Shown here: positions 33,909 through 45,161 of the stretch, one piece after another
How positions within the stretch are numbered: position 1 is the first letter of the stretch
How the letters are laid out: each line of letters begins with the position of its first letter
Source: Ptychomitrium polyphyllum
Taxonomy: Eukaryota
Length of the DNA: 64,000 nucleotides
Assembly (NCBI GenBank): GCA_973851085.1
Contig: OZ316776.1
Span: 10,106,001-10,170,000, forward strand
Direction of reading: 5' to 3'
Translations under genes and position numbers: made by a program
The notes under the pieces: generated by a model
What the model saw: the letters and a program-made list of their open reading frames with translations, nothing else
Database searches by the model: none
Told to the model about the DNA's origin: nothing

Positions 33909-36900
33909 ATGTGGCGGCACGGGTTGCTGTCGCTGAAGAGGTCACTTGGAGTTGCTACAGAATGGAGGGTCTCAGCTGCATGGGGCCAGGCATGTCCGCT
34001 GTCGGATGTGGCATATGATGCGGAAGGTGGCGATGAGGAGTTTCGGGTGTTTATAGTGGCAGGGGAGCCGTCCGGAGATGTCATTGGGAGTCGGCTTATG
34101 GGGTCGCTGCGGCGGTTGTCTCCGAAGCCGGTGCGGTTTGGGGGAGTGGGCGGGTAGTGAATCGGTGCCTTTCCTAGTTTCTACGTGTGTTTTCGTTTGC
34201 GTTTGCTTTGTAGCTGTAATTTTCAAGCTTGTTGTCGGAGGAATGCTTTCCGGATGACTCTTTTGAGGTTTGATGAGATTTTGTCATGTATGCAGAGCTA
34301 GTATGGAGAAAGAGGGGTTGAATTCTGCATTCAAGATGGAGGACGTCACTGTTATGGGTGCAGCTGAGCTTTTCCCCCACATGTTTCGTATATGGGTATG
34401 CTTTCTAAACTCCTCAGTTTTCACCAATTTGGATAAGGAGACCGCATTTGCCAAGTGTGCACCAAGTTTCGTAGCTCAATCATTTGGTGCTGCCTTTAAG
34501 AGAATGAGTTGGTTGTTTGTATTAAAGAAATCTTTTGCACAACCAACTGTCTCATTGAAATGTTCGCCAGGTGTCTTAGGGAACCATGTAGAGTTTCTGT
34601 ATGGTTCTTTATCAACCATCTTCTATTGATCTTTGGACTAGCTTTAGATGAACCGCAGGTTGTAGTGATCCTGAACACCGAATGAGTGTGATGATGTGAA
34701 GTAAGTGCCAAAGTTTGTTGTTTACGACTCGTTATCCGTGTTGTATATGGCCTGTTGTGGATCAGCGACGGCTCCGACAAACTGTTGCAGCAGCCATAGA
34801 TTTCGAGCCACATGTAGTGATCACAGTGGATGCCAAAGGTTTCTCTTTTCGTGTGCTTCGCAGCCTGACAGGTAAAGATCATCTCAGAAATGAGCAGTTT
34901 ACTGTTTGGGCACGTGAAGTTTTGCTACTGCTTGCAAGTGGTTTTTCTTCAGGACTAGCCCTGTTTCAGGAACTTTCCATGTATTGGCTATCCTTGTGTA
35001 GGATATACAGGATATAATAACTAGTATTCGCTAAAAGCCGAGAAGAGTATGTATTGAATTCCACGGGTAAGCACAACCAGACCTTGGACCTTGAAGTCTC
35101 GTATATCTTGTACCATCTATGTAAGAACTGTGTTTTTTGTTGTTAACAACAGTCTGCATATGTATTCTGCAGCGGCATACGAGAAGAAGAAGGAGCAACC
35201 ACCCTTCTTAGTGCACTACGTAGCACCGTCATATTGGGCATGGAAAGGAGGTGATGCGAGGCTAGATAGTTTGAAAGAATTTGTTGACCACCTACTGTGT
35301 ATCTTGCCCTTTGAAGCCCCTATATGCAAAGCACATGGTGTGGGAGCAACTTTTGTCGGACATCCTGTGTTGGAAGACGCCTACATGAATGTCTCTGTAC
35401 GGGCCTCCTGGTACCTAAGCTCTCTTGCATGAATTTACCTGAGTGTTCTCATAAGACCTCTTGGTCTCTTGTGCTTCTGATTGCAGTCTGTTTCCCATGG
35501 TCATTAGCCCAAAGTGCATGCCAAGCAGCACTTCTTTGAGGATTGAGAATTGAGGTGAAAATTATAATGATATGGTTGCGATTTCTAAGAGCTAATTGAA
35601 GCAAGATCATATGTGATATTTTTTTCAGTGTTCATGGTTTGAAGTGAGGCTTTCTTAAATCGTTTTCGGTAATTTACTTTATAAGCAAGATGGCTAGTAT
35701 GATGTTGTAGAACATGTCACATGTTTGGATCAAGCCATGCATGGAGACTTTGTTAATGTAAGCTTCTAGTAATCTTGACAAGATCACTGAGAGTAGTAGT
35801 TTATGTGCAGAGTGGAGGTAGCAATGCAAACAGGAACTGGAAGATACAAGGATTTGGAAACAAGTTCCGAGATCAACACCGTTTGCAGTCCGGTATGTGT
35901 ATGCTAACGATGTTGTCATGTCAGACCTTAAGGATTTACTTGTTTTTGCATGTCACTCTGTTGTTAGAGAGTTGCTGATCCGTACTTATGGCTCTTAAAG
36001 TGGATGCGTATTTCTGGAAATTGTGTATTTCTTTAAACGTAACAAAGCAGCTTTTGTGATGGTTTCAATTCTGTTGGGACTCTGTTGAATGAGTTATGGG
36101 TGAATGTGTTGTGGTTTTTAGATTGCATATCACTCACCCACTTGTGGCACATTTAGAGGCAAAAATAATCAGTGTGTTGCCTGGGAGTCGCACACAAGAA
36201 GTGAAGCGCATGCTGCCAATTTTTAGGGATGCTATGCATCGTCTAGCGGAAGATTACCCTCATATTACAGCCGTTATACCAACTCCACAGAGTTCGGTCG
36301 TCACGAATATGGTGAAAGAATCTATATCGAGATGGGAAGTTCCTGCTGTAATTCTTTCTGCTGCTTCTGATCTTGAAAAGTATGATGCTTTTGCTGTAAG
36401 TGCCAGATCCTTCCTTGCTATTTGCTTTGTCTATAAAAGTGATATCCTCTAATTAGATGCCATCAGTTTTGAGTTCATCTGGTATTCGGAACCTCACTAT
36501 CTTGTAAAAGTTTACATTTCAGATTTTTACTACCAGACATTGGCTGCTAATAGCATTTTTGAATGTTGCTGTAAATGTTATTTTATGAATAGTGCGCAGA
36601 AGTTGTATAGTTGTCCCTTAGGCTATGATGGACCTCAAAGGTGTCGTTTCTGTATGTTCTCTGTAGAATGTTAAATAAACTTTGACATGTTTAAGGACTA
36701 AATTGTGCAAGCAAATGACATGATTTTTGTCGTCTCTCAAGGCAAGCAGTGCTGGGCTGTGCACATCGGGAACAGCCGTTATGCAATTATTGCTAGCAAG
36801 AGTCCCAAGTGTCGTAGCATACCGTGCTAACCCAATCACGGAGTGGCTGATCAAGTCACGTACAAAGCTGGATTACATTTCTCTCCCCAACATCCTCTTG

Positions 36901-37318
36901 AACTCACCTGTGGTTCCTGAAGCTCTTTTTGGCGAATGCCATCCTGATCGAGTGGCTTGTTTACTGAAGTAAGTTAAAGCCGTTCAAACATTCAATTTTG
37001 TGCCTTTATTGGCGAAAGGCTATTCCATTGTATTAATTGCAACCGTCTGATATTTGAAGAAATGGGTATGAAACAAGTAGCTTGTTTTCATTCAGGCAAG
37101 TACTTGAAGACCAGAAGATGCAGGAGCAACAACGGACTGCAGCAGAGCAGGTGTTATCTATGTTAGCTCCTCCAAGGAGCAGCTTGATGCATTCTAGCGA
37201 TGCATCCCTTTTAGTGGCAGATAAGCATAGCCAGAAACCAAGCATGGCTGCCGCAGCTACCATATTAGAGCTTTTTGGCCTCCTCCACAGCCGCACGAAA
37301 TCACCCATTTCTTACTGA
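33909..37318 (+). CDS. LPXB: Lipid-A-disaccharide synthase (LpxB), probably mitochondrial, multi-exon
   Basis: RVFIVAGEPSGDVIGSRLM, VMGAAEL, PHVVITVDAKGFSFRV, VHYVAPSYWAWK, LCILPFE, FVGHPVLED, VLPGSRTQEVKRMLP, SGTAVMQLLL, YISLPNILL. Basic N-terminal presequence-like MWRHGLLSLKRSL. Confidence 0.96.
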
Positions 37319-37528
37319 GTGTATAGGTGTTCTCTTATCAGCAATTTTGCGAACTCCAATCATTATTTTGGTGCAGTTTCACATCCATTTTTCATATATG
37401 GGCTAGAAGAGGTTTTTTATCCTGAAACTCTAAACTTCTTTATGATCTGAGTACTTCGGATATGCAAATTGATACTCCTTATGATCAATTTGTACTCTTT
37501 ATAGGGGACATATCAGTGTTAGTACTGG

Positions 37529-37653
37529 CATGGACATGCCTGGATTGGGTTCATGGACATGCCTGGATTGGGTTCATGGACATGCCTGGATTGGGTTCAT
37601 GGGCATGCCTGGATTGGGTTCATGGACATGCCTGGATTGGGTTCATGGACATG
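37529..37653. repeat. 23-bp tandem repeat x5.4 (CATGGACATGCCTGGATTGGGTT)
   Basis: Units start at 37529, 37552, 37575, 37598 (one substitution) and 37621, with a partial unit at 37644. Confidence 0.97.
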
Positions 37654-37724
37654 TCTTGAGTTTAGAGTCCTCTCTATGGACGTTCCTACGGACATGTCCC
37701 CCAGGCATGTTCAGGCATGTCCTC

Positions 37725-37975
37725 GAAACTAGACTATGGACAGACATGTCTGAGTCCACTATGGACAGGCATGTCTGCACGAACTAACATGGACTGGGAA
37801 TGCAGACATGCCTGTCCATAGTCCAGTTTAGAGAACATTCAGTCCCTAAACTGGATTATGGACAGACATGTCTGAGTCCATAGTCCAGTTTAGAGAACAT
37901 TCAGTCCCTAAACTGGATTATGGACAGACATGTCTGAGTCCATAGTCCAGTCCCGTGTTCCTCATCCATAGTCCA
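37725..37975. repeat. Nested inverted repeats and 62-bp tandem duplication
   Basis: Perfect 22-bp inverted repeat at 37758-37779 / 37801-37822. The unit gtccatagtccagtttagagaacattcagtccctaaactggattatggacagacatgtctga occurs twice from ~37814 and is itself a hairpin. Confidence 0.9.
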
Positions 37976-38399
37976 TGTCTCGTGAGCCAGCATGACAGCA
38001 GCGATCAGTTGATCACGTGTAAAACACAATGTGTGCATCACAAAAGGTGAGAACAACACTCTACTTCTAAAGAATTGGAACTAATAGTGGTTAGCAATCT
38101 GTAGATACAAACACAAAATAACAGATTTTACCACTTCACAACGTATCAAAACAAGCTGGAATTTACCAACCCCTACCAAGAGTACAACATGAATCAAAAA
38201 AAAAACAGAAAGGGCTGGGCTGTTTTCAGCGCTACGGCCATCCAAATCACTAGGAACCGCAGTAGCAGTTTCAAGGTTCCAAATTATAATCGCTGGTAAT
38301 GGAATTCTAAATCAGAATGTAATTCTTAGCAAACTTTCACGAATATTATGAATGATAGGTCCATTAAAAAGCAAAGCAAGCCACGTTTACTCCCTGGCA

Positions 38400-38435
38400 C
38401 AGTTTTGTTGTCAGAATATTCTGACAACAAAACTG
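38400..38435. repeat. Perfect 36-bp palindrome without spacer
   Basis: CAGTTTTGTTGTCAGAAT|ATTCTGACAACAAAACTG. Confidence 0.97.
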
Positions 38436-38519
38436 CATAATTTAATTTAGCTTAGGAACTATACAAAATAGCAAACCATCCCTCCAATAGAACCTTACCA
38501 CTCAGTGGCTAACTCCTTC

Positions 38520-38697
38520 CATAATAGAAATAGCTAAAGGAAATGACTCTTGTTGAAGTTTGTTTGAGAGTGCAACGTATTTCCACACATTGCCATCAAC
38601 ATAAGATCATAATAGAAATAGCTAAAGGATATGACTCTTGTTGAAGTTTGTTTAAGAGTGCAATGTATTTCCACACATTGCCATCAAACATAAGATC
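38520..38697. repeat. ~89-bp tandem duplication
   Basis: cataatagaaatagctaaagg(a/t)atgactcttgttgaagtttgttt..ccacacattgccatcaa(a)cataagatc occurs twice with few differences. Confidence 0.93.
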
Positions 38698-41600
38698 TAT
38701 CAAGTTCTTCAGCTAATCCTTTACTAAAAGCCTTAAATATAGAGCCTAGCATCCAAGTAACATATGCTGCTACATACCGCCTAAGAATTGCTTCTCTATT
38801 ACTAGAACATGCATGTAAGGAAAGAAAATGAATATTTTCACGTTTCCGTTAGACAAAAAATTGCTCTTTTATTGAGTAATTTTTCTGCATAAAGTAGCTT
38901 GTAGACTTGTAGTTACGTATTTCATTAAAAACCTAAGCTGCAAATGATGATTTAAAATGTATCACACATTTCTGAATGACTACGTCTCAAAACGACTATA
39001 ACGATGTGATATGTTGATGTTGTGTATGAGCACTATGCTATCAGTTCATTGCTTTGTTTCATCACAATTGGAATTAATCCAGTGGATTGTACACAAGTAT
39101 TAGTTGGCTCAAACAGCACTACTCTTACTTGATGCATTTTTGACAGCATTCACTATAGTTTCATGGTGTCGAAGATACACAGTTTAGTAGCAAGCAGACC
39201 TTCACCGAACACTTTAATTGTTGCACAAAATCTTATATACAAAATTTCCAGACCCGAATCAACCTCCCCTACTGATCAGGTGACAGGAACCCTCGACAAC
39301 TAGGTACCATAATTGATTTCGAGGACTAGGAAAAAACTAAGTTGCAAACCAGGGATTACGCAATCAACACCTTCGTTATCCTTAGAATTTGAGAAAAAAT
39401 CCAAGAAAATGAATCTATTGTGAAAAACATAACCTACAAGGATTTTCTTATTGTTCAGTCTAGAGTCCAAAAAACTCGAACCCAAACAAATCCTAACGTG
39501 CATTGTGCTTGCACTTAAGAATTAATCCACCAACGCCAACCCTGACAAACCAAACCAAACCAAACCGCTCCACATAATCGCAAACTCCAAAGCCTGCCGA
39601 GCACAATATCCGATGCGATGAGCATCGCTCAGCCTGCTAGACGGAGGACCGAGCCTGCGCGGTGGACCTGCGCAGCGCAGGAGCAAGAGTGAGTAGGGGG
39701 GAGGACCCAGCACAGGTCAGAAGGCGCGCGCCCATCGACGTTCCAGCATAGGTGTGGAGGCGGAGCGGGCAAGCCACGTCGCGTGCAAGAGAACCACTCA
39801 AGACCAGATGACATCTTATACAAGGCACGAAGGAGTCAACGGAATACAGGTGTCTCTGTTTACGTGTTATCACTGTGAAGCAGAAAAATTGCAGCAGTTA
39901 TGAAATTGTAACACCTCTGCATAGTCATGTTGAAGCATTTAAGAATTGTTGTCATGTTGCGGATTTCGGTGTTCGTCGACTTATTGTGAGCTCCTCTCGA
40001 CAGTTTGAACCCTGCAGCCCGGGCAGCAGCAATCAAACGAGATGAAGGCAAACATTCATAACCCTAAATCCACAGAAGAACGCTATGCGAGTGATTTAGC
40101 ACTTCAGCTTGATGGTTGGCTAGCAAGGCCATATTGGAGTGTTGATGAAGTAATCACAACCTCGCAATAGCAGGGAGGCAATCAAGAACAAAAGCAGTGG
40201 AAAAGCAGCAACAAAGAAACGGGATTAGATGCAACAAAACACATCCACAAGTCTTGTGCAAGGAAGTTGTCCCGGCCTATGAAGTGACTGGGCCTTGTTT
40301 TGCATGTCCGTCGCCTCTTCTTCATGTTGCTGACGCTACTACGTGAATTTTTTTCTACCGACCGCTTAGACGTTAAAGACATTATGTTGGCAAATTTCAG
40401 CGATTCTGGCACAAATGTGCAAAACTTTCAGAATAGGAAGATTCTTGGTTCCATTCAGAAAATGTATTAGTTATGGTATACATAACACTCATATGGGTAA
40501 AAGTTGGAGAGGCTGACTGTAATGGATGATAAACCACCACTGGACCTGAACACAGCATGGAGGCAGTGGACAGATAGAGACCAAATTGTAGTGGATGTTT
40601 CCATATTCCAAACCGCACTCTCTTCAGTATGAGAGGGAGGTGTGGACAAAGTGCCCTATTTTGTCGTCGCGGGGATCCCATCCAAAACAACTCAATGTTC
40701 TCATTGATTGCCTAAATTGTGAAATTCCCTAGAGAATGTTTTAGGGTAGCATATCCCAAATTTAATATTATAACATCAAAATAGCACCTATACCATCCAA
40801 ACAGCTAGAACCGGCAGCTAGTTATATGCTAGCTTAATGTAAAGATAAATTACTATTTGAAGTTGGAATCTCTAGGATAAAACGATCGAGACAGAATTCA
40901 AAAAGTTTTCTATTTGAAATAAGAACTAGATAGACCAACTAAGACGTATTGATGGGCAACTGTGCAACATGACAAATAACTTCCGGTCTGCTCATCAGTC
41001 TGCAGCTTTCCACTCAACCTTAGGTCGAAGCTTACATGCAAGTGCACATTGGAACCTGCTCTGATCAATTGGTCAGAGCGTCCAGGTAATTTGAGTGCTG
41101 CGACAGGGCAGCTGACTGAAGTAAGATTTAGACACCGGTGCGCTTGGCTGCTGTAGGCTAGAACAACGGTTCCAGTGCAATCGTTCAGCCTGCTTCGGTG
41201 TTGACTTGTGAACACGTGGGACTCGCAGGTCGTCACGAAGTTCTTGTGTTAGCCTAATTACTGCAATGGCCATGTGGTTTGGGTACATGCGCTTCATATC
41301 TTAAGGAAGTCCAATGAGATGTCCACGACTACACTGTTCTTTTCATAGCTTATCGTCATCAGCTCTTCTGGCAATGTGCAGATCAAGGTTCGCTGCTGTA
41401 CAAGGCTAAAATCAGTACTTATTGTTCGTTACACTGCTTGCCACGATCCAGTCGCTTCAGTTTACGTTGTCTCCTAGCTCGAAATGTTCATGGTATGGCA
41501 CTAGATATTTGCAGCTCCACTTTTGGTTCTTCAGTTTCCGACCTGTCGTTCAACTCAAGTTCAGGTTGCAACTTGTTAGACATTAATATTGTGCGAGCTG

Positions 41601-41770
41601 TGAGTATTATAAATCAGTTTTGCTGATTGAAAGCTAAACTATTCACCAGCTTGTATATTTGATTTATCAGGGCTTGAAGTGCACCAATCCCAACGCTGTG
41701 TAGATTATCATAAGGCTTAGTGGTAATTATTACAACTCCACCGGAGCGAGGTAGATTGGCAGAGATTGCA

Positions 41771-44353
41771 ATGGGCAGGGAAAACGGTGCCAGAGGCGGA
41801 GGAGCTCTCAAGCTGGCACAGAAGGCTGAGTCCAACGATGTGGGGCTTCTACAACTGCACCAGGATGGAACTCCTTTCGTCATGCCTTCTAAGCGAGGCA
41901 TCGACGTTTCCGCTACCGACTTTGACCCTCAGGCATATCTGGACCTGTTGGGAGAGGATGCGATGTACATTCAGCACGAAGTTCTACGAGAGATTCTGGA
42001 GCTTCAGGCCGGCGTGGATTACTTGCGGCAGCATGGCCTCAATGGGCGCACCGACGTCGAGAGCTTCAGGAAGTGCGTGCCTGTTGTGAGCTATGCCGAC
42101 ATGGAAGCTGATATCATGAAGGTGGTAAACGGAGAGAGCTCGACTTCCATCTTCACAGTCGACCCCATCTCCCACTTTTATTTCAGGTCCCTCTCTTCCT
42201 TCACCATTCCAATCACTGAATTTCAGTTAATGTCTAGATTAGATCTTGACCTCTGTTTCCTTTCGATAACAATGTTTCAGGAATTGTGACCCACATTTTG
42301 ACCTAATAATAAGATGAATTCTATCTTACTGATTGTTACAGCTCAGGAACCACAGGTGGGAAACCAAAGTATATACCGATGACAAATAGAGCACAGGGGA
42401 TGAGCTTTTCACCGTTTGATGCTTCTCTGTACCGCAGGTTTATATTGAACTTCTCTCCTTGAACATCTTACTGAATAGATTCTTGACAGACAGGAGTCCA
42501 TTAATTTAACACATTGATTCGATTAGTTGAAGTTTTCATGTGCTTCGTGTGACAGACTATGTTCTGGTTCGACTGGCAAAGCACTGAATATTGTGTTTGC
42601 GGGGAAGCACAAAATCACTCCCTCAGGGCTCAAAGCTGGAGCAATGTCCACACATTTTTTCAGAAGTCCACGTTTTCTGAACCGAGAGAAGGGTCCAAAT
42701 GACGAGTACTGCGTCCCTGACGAGGTGATTCTGTGTGACGATTTCACCCAGGGCATCTATTGTCATCTCCTTTGTGCTCTTGCTCGAGCACCTGAGATCA
42801 TCAGAGTGTTTACTTTATTTGCAGGTAAAGGATACTATCGGCAGACCTTACTCGTGACTTTCAGTTTCCTGTGCTTCATATAAAGTTCTGTCCGTTCTGT
42901 CCGTTTAGAACACTAAACCAACATTTGAAGGCATAAGTTGTGCTTGCAATGTATCATTGTGGTGCAATTTAAAGCTCTGGTCCTTTGAAGTCAGTGGGTC
43001 TACTTACAATATGTTGTGTTGCGATTACAGCCACCGTTGTGGTGGGCATCCGTGCATTGCAAAAACAATGGCGAGAGATTGTAGAGGACATCAGGACAGG
43101 CACGCTGAACAAGTGTATTACAGAGCCGGAAATGAGAGCAGCGGTGGAGAAAACGCTGAAGCCTAACCCGGATCTCGCAACCATGATCGAAAGAGAATGC
43201 TCACAGGAGGATTGGGCGGGCATTTTTCCTCGCCTCTTTCCCAACGCACAGTATGTGGACTGTATTTTGTCCGGGAGCATGATGCAGTACGCGTCCACTT
43301 TGCAACATTTTTCAGGCCATCTTCCACTTATATCCCCTGTTTATGTAGCATCCGAGGGTGGGCTTATTGGCCTTAACCCCAAAATGAGGTGTGCACCCGA
43401 GGATATCTCTTACACGCTGTTGCCCGAAAGTAACTACTACGAATTCATTCCTTTATCTGACGATTACAATGGGGAAGCAAATGGGGAGTCCAAGGGCTTG
43501 AAGGTTCTGGAGGCTTGTGATTTGGAAGTGGGGAAAGAGTACGAGATTTTAATTACAAATCGCCTAGGTAATCCAACCTTTCAGAACATTCTCCAGAAGC
43601 TGGAGCTCCGTGCCCTGTCCTTGTGAAGTTAGAGAATCAAATATTGAATGCATCTAATGCTCCAGTGATGCTTTGGCTGAAAGTGACTATTGCATTCCTG
43701 AACAGGTTTTTACAGGTATCGTGTAGGCGATATCATAAGGGTGTTGAGCTTCCGCAAAACCTTGCCAGTGATTACGTTTGTTCGGCGCCTTAGTGTGGTT
43801 CTCAGTGTGCACGTGGAGAAGACCGACGAGGAGGAGCTTCAAGCTGCAATCAACAAAGTCATCGCACTTCTCAAAGACTCTAAGTCAGCCATGGAGATTT
43901 CAGATTACACTAGCACCAGTATTGTCTCATCCTTGCCAGGCCGATATGCAGTCTTCTGTGAGATGGGGGACAATAGGTATTATTTCTTGCCTTACTAGGT
44001 TGACAATGCCCATGTTGCAAAATAACACCACCTCCTTTAACATTCTTTGCTTGCCTCTTGGTGACAGCAACTTGGATGACGACCTACTACAAAAGTGTAC
44101 AAATACACTTGATGCGAGCTTCAGTTATTTATACAAGAGATGGCGCTACAATGGTTATATTGGGCCTTTGGAGCTTCGCATTGTGACAGAAGGCACGTTT
44201 CACAAGCTAAAGAATCTTGCACTTATGAGAGGAGCAGCGCCAGCTCAATACAAGCCTCCCCGGTGCGTGTACCATTTGCAAGGATTGGAAATCCTTAATG
44301 AAGGAATTATTAAATCCTTTCGCAGCATGTGGACACCAGAGAAAGGAACTTAA
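41771..44353 (+). CDS. GH3: GH3-family acyl acid-amido synthetase, 6 exons
   Basis: SFRKCVPVVSYADM, SSGTTGGKPKYIP (split by intron 1), GIFPRLFPNAQYV, YVASEG, YYEFIP, GFYRYRVGD, IGPLELRIV..GTF, QYKPPRCV. Exons join in frame. An alternative start at 41882 is possible. Confidence 0.95.
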
Positions 44354-45161
44354 CGAACAGGTCGACAGTTTCTCAGGGCCAGAGCTGTTGCAGATGTTTT
44401 AATGGTTGGGTGAGGTTGTAGATTTCCTCATGTGTTTGTAAGTTGAGTACTGTGCAAATATCGGATGGAATCCCAATTTTTGCAGATTAGAGTACGGCAG
44501 TAACCACCACAACTATTAACAGATAGTAATTCTTTGAACGAGCTTCTGAGACTTGAAAATGTGGTATTTGATCGATATCATGAAACAAGTAACCCGTTGA
44601 ATCTGGATATGTTGCTTTCATTTCTCTGGTATTTCTCCTATCACTTTTCTGCATAAACTACAATACACCAACAACGATACACGAATCTGCGGAACGTTCA
44701 AATTAGATCAACCAAGGTCCTCTCGGAAACACTTCTGCGTCCATATATAAATTGCGAACAGCAGGGCAAGCAAGATGAGGGAATCCCAGATTAGCCCTGT
44801 GAGAAAGTAACTATCCCCAAAAAAAAACGCCCCATTTGATACAGTCTGAACATGATGTCTACTGTTACCTCATAAAGTAACCATTGCAATTACTACTTTG
44901 ATCCTGCTTCGAACCAATTGGAGAACATTCACGAACTTAAAACATCCAATCTCAAAAACAAAATAGCTAACCAATAGAAACCAACATTTTCAAGACGTCT
45001 AATAAACCCACATACCATTGCTCGTAGCAAGGTTCATAAATGAGTTACACATTTAACTTAAATGTCCAAAGTAACAGAAACGAGTGCTCCAACCTCACTA
45101 CAAGTAGCTTGCAACACAGTACCGTTTACAATCAGAGGAATCTAACAAATGTGTAGCCTTC

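Noticed and set aside
33909..37318. Bacterial lipid A gene as contamination or novel HGT
   Set aside because: It has spliceosomal introns and a presequence, and nuclear-encoded lipid A pathway genes including LpxB are already known in land plants.
37529..37653. 23-bp repeats as a CRISPR array
   Set aside because: The units are head-to-tail with no unique spacers, the context is eukaryotic and there are no cas genes. ORFs 37462-37659 and 37530-37787 are repeat artefacts.
39500..41300. Short ORFs and a GC-rich patch upstream of GH3
   Set aside because: No family similarity or splice-consistent model could be supported.
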